In this document: positions 14,118 through 29,267 of the stretch, in pieces | How the letters are laid out: each line of letters opens with the position of its first letter | Numbering within the stretch: position 1 is the first letter of the stretch | NCBI GenBank assembly: GCA_951406725.2 | Contig: OX597814.1 | Location: 82,026,001 to 82,090,000, forward strand | Length of the DNA: 64,000 nt | Direction of reading: 5' to 3' | Source of the DNA: Octopus vulgaris | Lineage: Eukaryota | Notes under the pieces: generated by a model | Told to the model about the DNA's origin: nothing | What the model saw: the letters and a program-made list of their open reading frames with translations, nothing else | The model's database searches: none | Position numbers and translations under genes: made by a program

Positions 14118-15069
14118 AATACTTTTGGATGTATATGCGTGAATATGCGTACGTATCTATGACAAGAAGATGAGTTGAAACTAACAACTCTCTTGCTTTT
14201 ATGTCTATCAGTAAATTTTGTACATATATATATATATGTGTGTGTGTCTGTCTGTATGTATGCGTATGTCTCTCACTCTCTTTCACTCTCTTTCTATCCA
14301 TCTGTCTATATGTATATATATATATATATACACACACACACATACACGCATGCACGCGCGCGCACACACACATACACACACACACGCACACACATATATA
14401 TTGCTCATATTTGTAAAACTCAGCAATTCAAAGCACTCAATTTAATGTGAGAGTAACCTAATGGATTCCTGACAACAACTTTAGTTTCAATATTCAGACA
14501 TTCAGTCATCAAGGTGTATCGAAGAATCTACAGAATATGGACGTTAGTCCGTGAGAAATTGCAAGTAAACGCGTTACCTGTGTATTGGGAACTGTGTATT
14601 GGGAACTAGTAGAGTCTAAAAGATTTGGGTGAATAGTTAAGTATAGTTCCATGGATTGGATACAAACGTTCATGCTAGATGTGTGTCCATATTTAGGTGC
14701 TGATGTATGTGTGGTTAACAGGCGAATGTTAGAAGGCGATGGAAGGAAACTGGAAACTGAATGCTAATTTTTTTTTTATGTAGTCTCTAAAATATTTTAT
14801 TATATTGTTGGGTATATCTGTGAGGGATGACCCAGTGATTATACGTAGGTGTTAAGATATGTATATTGTCTGTATAGTAATGCTGATTTGCGTGCTGAGA
14901 GCTAAGAAAAATGAAAGAAGAAAGCAGGAAGTTGATGATACGTCCGGCCGGATTCGTGGAAGCTGGTGTTATAAAACCAGAGTTGATCAGATTTTCTAAC
15001 TGGACAAGGTGAATTTATCTAGATAAAGGCACCTTATAATAATAATGAAATTATTGTATACAGTGCTCA

Positions 15070-16300
15070 GAATATCCCCCTTTTTAAAATTCAGAAGCTC
15101 TTTGTATTCTTTGTTTTAAATAGGATGTGCGATCTTTCCACTGTGCAACGACTGCATCTTTTTATATCTGTTTATCAATGACTTCGATCTTCTGCGAATC
15201 CTTCATTTAATGCTCAAATCGATGTTCGGTCTCTCATCTTCCAAATGTGATTGGCCAGCGTTGCGTAATTCCTTTGTCAGTGAGTCTGCAAGAAGACCCA
15301 TGGTTGTAAAAGCGTTTATTGAACGACTCCTTGCATATACCTAATTATTTGTTCTTAATGACCATTGATTTGGTGTATTCGGGGTATCTCCAGCTTTGTA
15401 CTTGACCAAATTTAAATTGCAAGTGTCAAACGGGCAGGTGCATACATTTCTCACGAGCAACCTAGATTGATCTATTTGATAGGTTTACTTGAGATGATCA
15501 ACTTCGTGTTAGATCCTCAAATGTAGCTTATTTTTTTGACTGTAGCCTACTTCTTGTTAATGATTAGGGTGTTATGTGCACTATTATCTCCATATCTGAA
15601 TCATTAGTGCTAATGTATCTTTAGACAAATCCTGTGGCTTTTACCATAGGGGTTTTGATACGAGGGTTAGAACCCACAATATCAATTGTGTGAATCTTTC
15701 TCTTAACTTATCCCAAATGTCTTTGAACTAGATGATAACCGTGCTTCTGTAGGTCAATTACTGGAGCTAAGTTATCTGTCTAGTTATGTTATTTATATTT
15801 CTTATTAATCTTTTTGCTTATTAGTCAGGCCTCTTTCTTAGCTAGGTTTGTGAATCTATTGGTGGGTTTGTTCGTGAAGCCTGGTGTGTGATCACTCAAA
15901 GTTATAAAGGTATCCCTTTTAAAAAGGCATTCTATTCTATTATTGTTTATTTGGCTTATTTTAGCTATGAATTTGGCTTCTTAATTGACGTCATAGTAAC
16001 TTTCAGTGCTTGTTTTGTTTTTTACTACTTTAATTTGTTATATTTTCCATTATTTATGTTATTCATTGATGTTATTGATATTATCAGGAAAAAATACTTA
16101 TTTCTAGAATTTTCGAATATTCTAATGTCTTTTTAAAGTCTTTTTTTTCTGAAAAGACTTGGAAGAGTTACGGAACTTCTAGGAGAATTAGTTCTTTAAT
16201 TCTAGGGGATATTTTCCTGTACTTATATTTTTGTGTTTTATACCAGTGGTTGCCATCTCAGTATCAACTAGAGATGGTGAAGCCTTTCAGCCAATATGTC
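15070..16300 (-). pseudogene. Decayed Penelope-like (Naiad-type) element, RT C-terminus to GIY-YIG
   Basis: Minus-strand pieces CS(x)RNVCTCPF..KYKA, LGICKESFNKRFYNHGSSCR, TLANHIWKMRD, KRCSRCTVER, ELLN. Confidence 0.8.
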
Positions 16301-16844
16301 TCATCAGGTCTTCCACCTTCTCAAGTAGAAACTGAGAGTATTATTTATATGGTGGCGTATTCTAACGAAGCAGTCAGAGTAGTATAGATCCATATTTATA
16401 CCATATTACTTGAATCCTTAGAATCTTCTAATCAATGTAATATTAAAAAGCCAATATTATGGGTTTTGTGTGCATATGAATCTTTAGCATAAATTCCACG
16501 TGTAGAAGTCTGTTTTGTTCGTTTCTTGATAAGGGTCAGCTTTGGAAGTACTCGATTTATTTATGCATGTACACACACACATATACACACATACGCATAC
16601 ACACACACACACACACACACACACCACACACACACACAAACACACATACACACACACACACACACGTATTATTTCAGGGTTAGCTCTGTGTGAGAGCGCG
16701 CGTGTGTATGTGTGTGCATGTCTGCATGCATATACACGCAAATATAGTGGAAGGCCATACAGAAGATGATGATAGTAACAAGTGTAAATCCTACAAGAGT
16801 GCAAGTTATAGAGATGCTATACAATAATACCGAGTGTATGTCGG

Positions 16845-16960
16845 GACGATGGATAGTGAACTGACGAATGGCTTTGAAGTGCGCGTGGGTCTGAGACAAG
16901 GTTGAATGTTAACCACCACCCCAACCTCTTCAACATCTATTTAGACATTGTCACGAGAGA
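16845..16960 (+). pseudogene. Short LINE RT fragment (RTE-like)
   Basis: ELTNGFEVRVGLRQG*ML...LFNIYLDIV. Confidence 0.6.
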
Positions 16961-18787
16961 ACCGAATAAATTAGTTATGCTGATAACAGAGTTGAAATGT
17001 TCACGGTTTTGACAAATTGAAACCATATTGTTACTACGTAAGCAGTGGTTTCTTTCAAAGTATATCTATAGATTTTAGTCAACATTATGTAACAGGCAGA
17101 TATAAACCTCTATTAATTTCACTTAACACTTTGTAATAGACAGGTGTAAACCTCGAGAATAGACAGAGAAGACCAACTGGAATGTCTTCGAATATGTGTT
17201 GGGATTCCATCAGAATCTAAGTATCCACTTTAACTATCTTTAAAGACATTACTTATAAATGCACAAATATATTGTATGTGAAGATAAGGTAATTACATTT
17301 GTTATTACATACAATGTTGGCTAAAAACTATAGATATACTCTACAGTACATAATAGCATTACTGTTGACACACCAGTAATTATTTAAAGGAAAATAGCAG
17401 CCATTAATGCTGCTGGTGTGCTGAAGCCCTTAGTAAAAGAGGACTTATAATTAGTGTGTCTGTGGACTGTTAAAGAGGGTACAGTTGCTTAAGAAACTCC
17501 ATTGAAACTGCTCTGATTGATCCTTCCTTTTTCTGTCTAGGAAAGGTATTGGGAAAAACAGAAGATCAGTTAGTTAGAAGAAGAGAAGTGAAGTGAGGTC
17601 AGTGGGGTATAAATAGAAGGATCGGGGTGAGGTGTAGAGGATGTTCAATAATGTTGGTAAAAAAACAATAGAAACAAAATCTATTACGCAAGTAGGATGT
17701 TAGAAAGAGCAAGAGTTAAAGAATTAAAACAAAACAAAACAAAAACATTTCGTTATTAATGTCTAAATTTGGAAAGCAAAGTGGAAGGTGTCAGAATTGA
17801 AGTGGAGTATGGAACAAAACAAAATATCAAAATAAATCAAAGAAAAGCAAAAATACTTCGGAAGCTAAAAGTAGAAAAGAAATTTAGTTTGTGAGAATTT
17901 TGTTTTTGAGAAAGTTGCTTGAGATAAAGATCGATAGATGTTGAGTGTTTGTGACGACATAATGACAACGACAATGGTTGCTGTGTTGATGACGATAAGG
18001 TAGAGGAGGAGGAAAGCAACTACCATCATATAACCGACATAGATACCACCACTACCACCCCTGTACCAACACCGCCACACCTCCGTTATAGTATTTTCAC
18101 TGCAATCACTGCCAGTATGTTCAATCACGGAACCAACATACTACCACCACTACTACTACAAGCAATTACCACGATCACCAACGCCGCAAACGTCTGCGCC
18201 ATCTCCACTATTACCACTAATGTCTCTGATGAAAATGAACTTACTTGATGAAGCCAACATCTGGTTTCCATTTGCCATTGGTATTTAACACAATAATAGT
18301 AATGATATTTCATTAAATGCATTCAAGTAACGAACAAAAGCCCTACCAACGGCGCTAATCCTTTTCTTCTCTTTTATTTTGGTCGCCCCCTCCATTACTA
18401 TTGAATCACTTCATGCTCCCTGCCTTTCATCACTTCTCGTCACTGGCACATGTCTATGATATCCTCCTCGTGCCGTGAACCTGTTGGCTTCATTATAGTC
18501 ATTACTTCACAAACAATCCCCGTGCCACCAGAAATGAAAGTCATTGCTCCTTTAATGGTACGCCTTAGATATATTTCTTTCTTTATAAATGAAGTGATAT
18601 GGATTTTTATTACCGTTATGATCAAATAATTCAGTGAAATTTTACATTTCACCTGGACTAATGTTTTCTTTCTATCATATGCTTATTAATATTTCTATCA
18701 TACAATTATGTTCAAGTGTCGGAGATGAAATAGAGCATCAGAGTCGCAGACTCGTTTAAGAGTTGGATAAAATACTGAACATTACTA

Positions 18788-19280
18788 GTTTCGAGTGTGG
18801 GGGAGGTTGGAGGTCTTAGCCGATTACATCGACCCCAACCTCCGAGTGTCACATTATGTTATCGAGTCCCGAGGGATGAAGGACAACATTGCCCCCACTC
18901 AGCAGGACTTGATCTCAGAACATAAAAAAACTTGAGCAAATGACCGCAAGATATTTTTTCCGACGCTTTAATGACTCTACCAAGTTCTAACTCAAAATTA
19001 CGTGTCCAGTAATTTTGAGGGGTGGAGTTAGTCAATTAAATCAATCTCAAATCGCGGTACTTGACTTATACATCAGTTTATCAATCCAGAAGTATGATAG
19101 ACAATGCCGAGCTAAATAATATTTGGACTCAGAACACAAAAATTCATAACAAACGTTGCAAGACGGTTTCCCGATATTCTAATAATTCTACAACCCCATC
19201 ATTCTTGATTTCTACTTAAGGTTCAAGACCAGTAATTTCCAGGGTAGCGTCTAGTCGATTACATCGAACTCAGTTTTTTA
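18788..19280 (-). mobile_element. Cluster of degraded SINE family A copies
   Basis: cgattacatcgacccc, gatgaaggac, ctcagaac motifs repeated two to three times. Confidence 0.6.
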
Positions 19281-19904
19281 ATATGCGTACAAGTAATTCA
19301 CAAATTGTTATTTAAAACGCACAATTAAAATCAATCTCATATTTATTTTTCATCCAGATATATCATACACAAAATTTTCGCAAGTTTTCTGCCTCATACA
19401 ACTAGGAAACAGTGACAGCTACACGGCAGAACAATGTTTTTACAATTGCAATAATCATATTCTCTAAATCAATATTCAGCTATACGGATTAGTCATGGGA
19501 CACTACAGGCATGATATAATTTATATATCATTTAAACAGCTACTGACTACGTTACCTACAAAAATATACACATGTTACCTAGCTTTGTATATTTATGATG
19601 CCACATTGACGACTAAGAACACATGCAGATATATTTTCATACATATATTATACACGCATATATATGGATACATGTGTATGCGTATGTGTGTGTGGGCGTG
19701 CGTGTGGGTAGCTGTGTGCGTGCGTGTGTGTATGTGTGTTTACGCGCATGTGTGTCTGAGTTTTAAAATTGTTCAATATGCAAAAAAAAAAAATAAATAA
19801 ATAAATAAAACCAAATAAGGTAAATCAGTGCTCAGATCAAATTTATGTGTTTTAGCAGAGATATCCGGTCTTACTCGGGATTAGAGGGCATAGTTTTTTT
19901 TTTT

Positions 19905-20180
19905 GTTTTACTTGTTTCAGAGGCCATGCTGGAGCACAGACGTTGGTCGAACAAATCGACCACAGGATTTATTCTTTGTGAGCCTAGTACTTATCCTGTC
20001 AGTGACTTTTGCCGAACCGCTAAGTTATGGGAACGTAAACACAGTAACATCGGTTGTGAAGCAATAGGGGTGGGTACAAACACAAACACACACACAAATA
20101 TATACATATATACAACAGTCTTCTTTCAAGTTCCGTGTACGAAATCCATTCATGAGACTTTGGTCGGCCCGAGGCTATAA
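19905..20180 (-). mobile_element. SINE family B copy (internal microsatellite)
   Basis: ttacttgtttcag..gccatgctggagca..gcctagtacttat..gccgaaccgctaagtta..tttggtcggcccgaggctata. Confidence 0.8.
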
Positions 20181-20213
20181 TATATATATGTGTGTGTGTG
20201 TGTGTATTTATCC

Positions 20214-20241
<28 letters not shown>

Positions 20242-20245
<4 letters not shown>

Positions 20246-21280
20246 GTGCTCGTATAGCAGGCGCTAGTGTAATAAAAATAGCCGAAATGTTTGGTATGTC
20301 AAGAAGTACTGTCTCAAAAGTAATGACAGCCTTTGAGAAAGAAGGGAAAACCGGCTCAACGAAACAAAACTCTAGAAGAAAATCAAAACTTTCAGATAGG
20401 GACCGTCGGACTCTTACGTGAATTGTTAGAAAGGATCACAAAAATACAGCTCCCAGAATGACTGCAGAGCTTAATTACCACCCCGAGAACCCAATTTCCA
20501 CAAAAACTTTTCGCCGAGAGCTGCACAAAGCCGGATTTCACGGGAGGACTGCAATCAGAAAACCACTAATTTCAAAAACAAACGTTGCAAAGTGTTTAGA
20601 GTAGGGTAAAAATTTTCAGAATTGGTCCCTAGAGTAGTGGAAAAATGTTATTTTCTTGTACAAGTCATCCATTGCCTAATTTCCGACCACCGGCCGAGTA
20701 TACGTGTGGAGACAGCCAAAAGAAGCATTTGACCTTGACTGTTTTCTTCCAACTCTTAAACATGGAGGAGGATCTGTGATGATCTGGGGAGGCTATGTCT
20801 GGGAAATCCGCCGGCCCCTTCATGGCAGAATTAATAGTTAAGACTATTTAAGCCTTTTATCTGATCAAATTCATCCTATGGTTGCGGAACTGTTTCCGGA
20901 GGGAAACGCAATCTTTCAGGATGATAATGTACCAATTCACACAGCTAAAGTTGTTACTGAATGGCACGAGGAACCTTCTAACGAAGTTGAACATCTTATC
21001 TGGTCACCACAGTCCCCAGATCTCAATATTATTGAACATTTGTGGTGAACTTTAGAAAAACAAGTAAAGAGTCGTTATCCTCCACCATCATCACTACAAT
21101 AATTGGAGACTGTTTTAGCTGAAGAATGGACAAAAAATCTTTTTGAAACAATACAACCTTTGTACAAGTCCATACCTCGTAAAATTCAAGCTATAATTAC
21201 TGCCAAAGGTGGTCCTACCTCATATCAAAATAAATTTGTTTGAAATTTTAAGGTGTTTCCATTATTTTGTTCAAAGCCTG
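20242..21280 (+). mobile_element. Tc1-like (DD34E) transposon, 5' end lost, transposase pseudogene
   Basis: HTH GASVIKIAEMFGMSRSTVSKV, KHGGGSVMIWG, FQDDNVPIH, WSPQSPDLNIIEHLW, AKGGPT; right TIR ends ..aagcctg|TA. Confidence 0.9.
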
Positions 21281-21657
<377 letters not shown>

Positions 21658-21728
21658 ATATATGAGGGAATATTATTCCAAACTTACGGGGAAAAATTCA
21701 ATTTAGAAATACTAAATCAAATTTCACA

Positions 21729-21777
<49 letters not shown>

Positions 21778-22049
21778 TAGAAAAAAAAACACCTTTTATG
21801 AATTCAACAATGAAAAAATTAAATTATACCATTTAGAAAAAATTACATCTTATAGAAAAATTAATATAAGATAAAAATATATGCCAATGATAATCATGAG
21901 CCATATATATATATATATGCACGAAGACGAAGTGCATTCTAGAAGCTTTAGGAGACGCAGTTATAAGTGGGCTAGATTTTTTTAAAATTTTTAGTATATC
22001 ATTACAATGCAATATTAAGCTTACCTGCAAACTTGTTATTCCAGATTGA

Positions 22050-22769
22050 AGGCGACAGCTGCAATATCACTCTGAACACACCCTATTAAACACTGCTTGT
22101 TACAGCTGACAAGTTTGCAGAATGTAGTCTAGACGTAAAGACAACTTGTAAGCTCACTATGAAATACAGTGTTCCGTTAAACTGGGTATAACAATGCTTC
22201 AGCATCTGATGAAATATTCAAGACTGCTTTTGGATTATCTTGTATGAGCCAAGCATCCCTTTTTCGTTGTCACAAGAGACTAGGCAAAACAAGTCAGCCG
22301 AGAAGCGTATGGTGATCCCTTTTTCGAGAGAGAAGGCATCATCAACATCCATTGGGTTCTCTCTGGCCGGAGGTTCAACAAAGAGTACTTTGTGGAAATT
22401 TTTGAAGGAGTTCAGGAAGGTATTTCGTCGCAAAAGGCCTGAACACCAGCTCCAGGACAAATCACCAGTCCACAATTCTATCTTGTTAACCAACTACTTG
22501 ACATAGATGGGCATCAACACAATCCTTCACTCTCCCTACAATCGATATTTTTTCTCCCTGTGACTTTTGGTTATTCCCCAAGCTGAAGATGAAGGTGGCT
22601 GTGACAAGGGTACTTTGGAGGACTTTCAAGGAGCCTTCACAAAGTGGCTGAACAGCGCTAAAAGGTTATTGAAGCTACAGAATCCTAGTTTGAAGGAGAT
22701 TGAATTTCTTTGAGATTGATAATTGTCTCTCCTGAAAAAAGTTTCAAAATTCTTTGAATACACCTTGTA
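22050..22769 (+). mobile_element. Internally deleted mariner element
   Basis: EFRKVFRRKRPE, QDKSPVHNSIL, HSPY..PCDFWLFPKLK; putative TIR ..ttctttgaatacaccttgta. Confidence 0.75.
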
Positions 22770-25423
22770 CGTACATACATGTATAATTTAACGTACAAAG
22801 AGTTAAAATAAGAGCTACTGATAGTTTCATGCCATGGAAACACGATGGGTTGGCAGATTTATCCACAGATTTTGTCCACAAGCAACCTTTCAGGTTCAGT
22901 GCACATAGTCCCACATGAAAACCACGATACTGGTACATAAGAAAACATGAAGAAAAAATAAACGTGAGGAAGGTTGATACAAAACCTAATTAACAGCATA
23001 AACAGTTGCCAGGACCAGATTTAAAGCATGGGGAGCATGAGGAACTTCAAATTCGGTGGTCCTCTAATATGCAAAAATTAAAATTTTGGAAAATTAGCAA
23101 ATTTAAATCTCGGAACGCATCTATTGCATGTAATTGAATTTGACGAGTTAGCAGAGAAAGTTTAAATAAACGACTGAAAATGCTGAACGTTTTTCTCACA
23201 CATCCACTTCAAGCGTTTGACTGTGAAAAGTACAATGAAGGAGTGAAGTGGGGATAAGAATTTTTTTCTCTAGTGCGAGTTACAAATGTTTTAGAATGTT
23301 GCTGTTCTAAAGGTACGTTGTGAGTGCGTGGAGGTGGGTGAGGGGAAGGCAAACATTTTTAAAAGACATGGATTTTAAAAATTTTTGTTTTAAAAAAATC
23401 TTCCGTTTAATGTTTCGTAATGCATGAAAATAGGAAAAATCCTGATAAAAATGAGGGAATTCCAATATATATGGGACAATTATTCCGAAAGTCTGCTTTT
23501 CCAGTATCCAGTAAGGGTTGGTAGGGCTCAATGAGTAATATTTACTGCATTTTTGACTTTGAGAATAAAGTTTATTTTTCACATATGTTCATTAGCAAAC
23601 AGAAACTACATCAGCTAAGCAAATGAACAGACTCAGAACACTATTTCAGAAACTTACGTCCATTCTCTTTGAGCATATAAAAGATAAATTTGGACGGGCA
23701 AAATGAGTAAGACAAGATAAAATAAATGCTTCTTTAATTCTCCAGAGTTACATTTGCAAAAAAAAAAAAAGAAAAAGAAAAAGAAAATACCTCATATGCA
23801 TCAATGTCCATTCTTAGGCATCGCAAAGATCAGAAATTCAACAAAAAATTTTAAATATCTAGGTCAAATGAAAGAAAACCATGGATAAATGGCACGATAC
23901 GAAATTAACGAAACCCATCTAAATAAAAAAAACTCTACATAAAATACACTCTTATTGAAAAACATCGATATTTCACCGTGGCAAAAAAACGAGGTAGGTA
24001 TCAGGTGGTCGTGAGATCTGCTAAAGATAACAGCTAAATAGCCTTTAAATCACACACATAAGTTTTGTTTCACAGTCGTATGAATTCCTGTGTGTAGAAT
24101 ATATATTCGCAAAAATATTATGAAAATTCCAAAAAATAAATAAAGTTATGAAGGGGTATATGGGGTGCTTGAAATAGAACTCTATCTAGCTCTTTTCCTG
24201 GTACATCTATGCACCGTGTAGTTAAAAAGAAGAAATTACTGAAATTAGTCATTACTCATTTTCCCCAATTTAGACATCACTTTTTGAAAATTGAAAATTA
24301 TCAAATTGGACATTAATGTAGGAAACAAATTGATGTACAGTTCAACAGAGAAAAGAACATTGGTTGTTAAACACCAAAAATTATCCTGATATCTTATTAG
24401 CAACCTCAATTACAATTGGGTCAAAGTTGTAAAAGCATTTCTTGAAAAAGGACCTATTACCTCACTATGTTTCAAACTCTCTCAGCTACAACAACTATGG
24501 CGGCTAATGTTTACTCCTAAAGTTGACGCAAGAGTACAAAATGGTGATGCAATACACGAAATCTAATGGTTTCAAACAGGAAGTGAAAAAATAATGAGAA
24601 ATTGATAATTACTGATTTTGCCCCAGATACATGCATACATACACACATACATGCATACATACATACATACATACATACATACATACATACATACATACAT
24701 TCATAAGTACATACATTCACACACACATACATACATACATACATACATACATACATACATACATACATACATACATACATACATACATACATACATGTAC
24801 GTTAATAATGACTTGGTCGCTAACGGAAATGGAACCTAGTACTAATGGTTTCATAGTGGTTTCTTAACCACTAATTATTCACCTAATAAATGTGACTGGC
24901 ATCTTGCTAACATTTCTGGAAAGATTGATGTGAGATTGTCAGTAATGTTTACGAGTAAAGTAACTTTTTACAAGTAAAGAAACCAACAGAAATCCATTGA
25001 TGCAGTTCTAGATTTTTATTTAAATTCCAAGTATGTATGAGTGTGTGTAAATTTACGTGCACTAACTATACAAAAGAACAACAATTCACAACAATCGAAC
25101 ATAACCATTTTATCAATAATGATATCTCTACTCAAATATTTAATTTGATCCAAATCCAGTTCCAGCCTTATATAAGGGAACCAGTGTTTCGGATGGATGC
25201 AATTTGTTCCGATGAAGCCTCAAAAACTCGATATCAGTCACTGCTTCACCTAACCGCACATTATCATACTGAGACAATCCATTACTGGCCAACCAATTCT
25301 ACTTACTGCCTTCACTTCTCTATTAAGTACATGTATGGTATTAAGTAGGGAAGATTTGACTGGATAAGTGTTTTGTGGAATCGAGGATGCTGGTTTTATT
25401 TCGTTGGTTGTGTGGTAAGAAGT

Positions 25424-25583
25424 TGGTGCAGGCATAACTGTGTGGTAAGAATCTTGCTTCCAAACCGCATGGTTCCAGGTCCAGTCTCACTACGTTGCGC
25501 CTTGGGTAAGTATCTTCTACTATTGCCTCAGGCCGACCAAAGCCTTGTGAGTAGATTTGGGAGATGGAAACTGAAAGAAGCAA
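25424..25583 (+). mobile_element. SINE family B 5' part
   Basis: ggtgcaggcataactgtgtggtaagaa..ccaaagccttgtgagtagatttgg..aaactgaaagaagc. Confidence 0.8.
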
Positions 25584-25586
25584 GTC

Positions 25587-25645
<59 letters not shown>

Positions 25646-25651
<6 letters not shown>

Positions 25652-26760
25652 GTCCCGAAATTAAGGCAACCGAAGTTTCGGGCTTTATTAACCATCAAAA
25701 TATGTGGTAAGATATGAAAATTATGCATCATTATAAAAGTCGAGTGTGTCTTCTTTTTGTTTCAGACTAAATAAATTCAAATTTATTAAGTAGATAATGG
25801 CTATAGACCGAAATACAATCATAACCTTCCACAAAGAAGGCGAAAATAATACAGCTATAGCAAAGAGGCTTAGAACTAACCGAACAACAGCCTGGAAAAT
25901 TGTCAAGAAATTTCAAGAGACTGGTTCCACCAAAAAAGAAGTGTGTGGACCCCTCAGTTTATCAAAAGTACCAGAGGAAAGATACGGCGAAATCCTCGTC
26001 GTTCCGTCAGGAAACTGGCTGCCACAGCAAAAATAAGCCGAATATCGATGTATCGAGTGCTGAAGGAGGATTTCAGGATCCACCCCTCCAAGAGCTCATG
26101 CAAGTTTATTAGGATATGAGACTGGAGAGAAATCGTCTATCCTGCATCAGATTATTAAAGGCACGCTGCCCAACCTGATGTTCACTGATGAAAAGAAATT
26201 TGACATCGAACAAGCAGTAAACTATCCGAATGACCGACTTTGGAGTGTATCTAGCTCCGTCGAAGGTAGACTCGTAAATGAACCTCAAAATCCACAATCA
26301 GTTATGGTTTGGGCGTCTGTGACAGTCACTGGAAGGTCTCACCTCGTTTTTGTGCCCTCGAATGTTAAAACCATTACCCAGTGATACATTAGCGACGTTC
26401 TGGAAGATGAATTGCTTTCCATGGTCGAATGAGCACTTTCAAAGCGCACCTTGTACCTCTAACAGGACTCGGTACTATCCCACAGCCCTAAACAGATAGA
26501 ACACTGGATTTAGAAAATCATTCCGTTGTTCATTGGCAAGGATGTATGCCGTCAAGAAGCTCCGATCTCAACCCGTTGGATTTTTTCTGTTTGGTCTGTT
26601 TTGGAAACGAGGATCTCGAGCACTCCTTATGCTTCGCTCGACGCTCTGAAGGCAAAATTGCGTCAGAAATGGGCTTTGATTCTGAAAGAACAGCTGCGGT
26701 TCGCGTGTGAAGCATTTGCACCTGGGTTCCAAACAGAGGTGGTCATATCGAATAAATGTG
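25646..26760 (+). mobile_element. maT/DD37D-like Tc1/mariner transposon, decayed, 3' TIR missing
   Basis: Left end (t)agggtgtcccgaaa after (TA)n; MAIDRNTII..HTH, FTDEKKFDIEQ, SVMVWA, QDS..H, SDLNPLDF-SVWSVLE, GGHIE*. Confidence 0.8.
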
Positions 26761-26951
26761 GTAGTGTCATGTGTTTCCTTTACCATCTACTGTCGCTGCC
26801 GGCAAGTAGGTATACAATTATATATGCGCTGACAGCAACAATAGAGTCCTTTAGCTTTTATTTCTAGCAGTGTAGGTGTTCTAACACCCTCGGTCATATT
26901 TAATGACATTAATTTTCCCTTTTGGTGAAACTCTGCTAACTAGTTATCTCA

Positions 26952-27051
<100 letters not shown>

Positions 27052-27230
27052 CAAAAGAAAAAACAGGATGCAAAGGATCTAGCGGTACATATGTTTCTGG
27101 CTTTATTGGACAGTTTATACCAATGCATAATTGATGTAACATGTATGTCAATAGCCTTCCTCAGCCGCGCACATTTGCCACACCAAAGACATGTATTACA
27201 TTATAGCAGGCTTGAGAAGTTTGGGAAAAA

Positions 27231-27297
27231 GACGAGTTTCGTTGGGGATGCAAATCCTCATTGTCGTATACAGCAGAGCGAGACACCAACTCCTCAT
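27231..27297 (-). ncRNA. Hammerhead ribozyme motif (C3 mutated)
   Basis: aTGAGGA-GTTGG..CCAAC-GAAAC-TC-GTC. Confidence 0.55.
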
Positions 27298-27452
27298 TCT
27301 ATATCGAGTGAAAAACGGTATGGACGTTTTGTTTTTGTTTTGGTGTCTAAATCCTTTGCATCCTGTTTTTCTTTTGATAAATATACCCTATCACCTACAC
27401 CACTAACTAGCATATACAGGTGCTTACAGTTATCAAGTATTCACCTTGAATT

Positions 27453-27533
<81 letters not shown>

Positions 27534-27579
27534 ATATGCGTCTGTGAGTGTGTGTTTGTTGGTGTTCGCGCACACGCGT

Positions 27580-27810
27580 ATGTGTGTCTCTCTGTGTCTA
27601 TATTTGCTCCCCACATCACCACCACCACCGCTTGACAACTAGTATTGGTGTGCTTATGTCCCCGTTACTTAGCGGTTCAGTTAAATGGACTGATAGAATA
27701 AGTACCTGGCTTTAAAAAAATAAGTGCTGGGTTCGATACATTCTTCAAGGCCGTACCCCAGCATAACCGCAATCTAATGACTGAAAAAAAAAAAAAAGAT
27801 AAGATAAAAG
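27580..27810 (+). mobile_element. SINE family B 3' part
   Basis: cgcttgacaac..cttagcggttc..gatagaataagtac..ctaatgactgaaa. Confidence 0.75.
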
Positions 27811-29267
27811 AAGATACAGACAGTAACAAATGTCAACCTATTTTTAAAAAGAAGCTTGACTCAAACAATTAATTTTGTAGTTCTCAGATCGATATCAGAA
27901 TCACTTGAAAATTTGGAAGATATAGATTCGCAAACCGGGAGAAAGATATAGTTATAAATTACTTTCGTAACCAGGTAGCTAAGAATCAAAGCGGCATGTG
28001 GTAGACAAAAACAAACGTACATAGATAAATATCGTTCTAAAAATAATAGATTTTGAAATCTAATGAAGTTTTACCTCTCAAAAGTCAATAGTCAACTTCA
28101 ACAGCAGGTTTTCTTTTCTTCATTATAGAAAAGAAATTCAACTGTCAATCTCTTTTAACTCTCATTTTTAACTACCAAATCAACATTAGCGATCGAATAT
28201 GGAAAGCTGTCAACAACTGATTATAGTTTGGGGGCAATAAATTAGAAGAAAAGAAAACACAGCACACCCCAACGTATTGTTTAAAGTTTGCTATAGCTGG
28301 TGCGTCTGATAATATATAGTGTATGTACACACACACACACACAAGCAATGCATCCCGGCGTTACCTGGGTGTTATGATCTACAGCTACATTGTATTATTT
28401 GTTCCTTTCTTATGGGAAAAATCGGCACAGCTGATATATAATGAACTGGATCACTGGCATAATGGAAGTTATTGTTTGTTTAAAAGTGAAGTGGTTAGGG
28501 GACAATTTGCATGGGTTTACATGAAAGTGCTTTGTGTTCTTGAGAAGGATCACAAACTATGTATTGCTTCATCGTATAAAAGGGGGTTAATACGATTTTG
28601 CCCAGAAATCACGTTTTGAAAATTTTTATCCCCCCCCCCATCCCCATCGCAATTTGATTTGTAACTCTTTTTCGAACTTTTTTTAAAATCCACGTAAAAT
28701 AATACAGATATTGCGAATCTGGGAAACATGTATTTTTCTTAAACGAACACTCAATACCCCTTCCCCCACCTCGCCCACCCATCACCTACCCGCTTTCAAA
28801 AAGCTAAATGTTCCCAATGCTTCACTTTCGTCTGATGTTTCACATAAGCATAGAATTGTACTTCAATAGCAACGTGAAAAATACCAGACGACCACCAGAA
28901 AACCCGATATACTGGAAACAACAAGTAAACGACATTATTTCTGAAGAAACTTCCTCGCTTTCCACAAAGCTAAAGTGGTGAGGTGATGGGTGGGTGTTTG
29001 GGAAGGAGATTCTTGTGTTTCTTTAAGAAAAAAGGAAGAAGAAAATTCTTAAAGATTCCTACTCTGCTTTTTTTTTTCTCCCTGTATTACCCCCAAAAAG
29101 TAAAAAAAAAGGAGAAAAAAAAAAATGAAAAAACTGGGGTAGAGAGGGAGAAAATTAAAATGTTGAGAATGAGTTTTTTGGTCACACTGAGCAGTTGCCC
29201 GGGAGCCTTACGGGTCTTAGGGCCCCGTTTCTGATTGATTTATGTTGTAGCATACTGACAAATAAAT

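Noticed and set aside
14400-15030. Possible further retroelement fragment
   Set aside because: Too degraded to assign motifs
22205-26195. CTGATGA hits at ~22206 and ~26185
   Set aside because: They encode the transposase (S/T)DE catalytic motif and lack hammerhead stems
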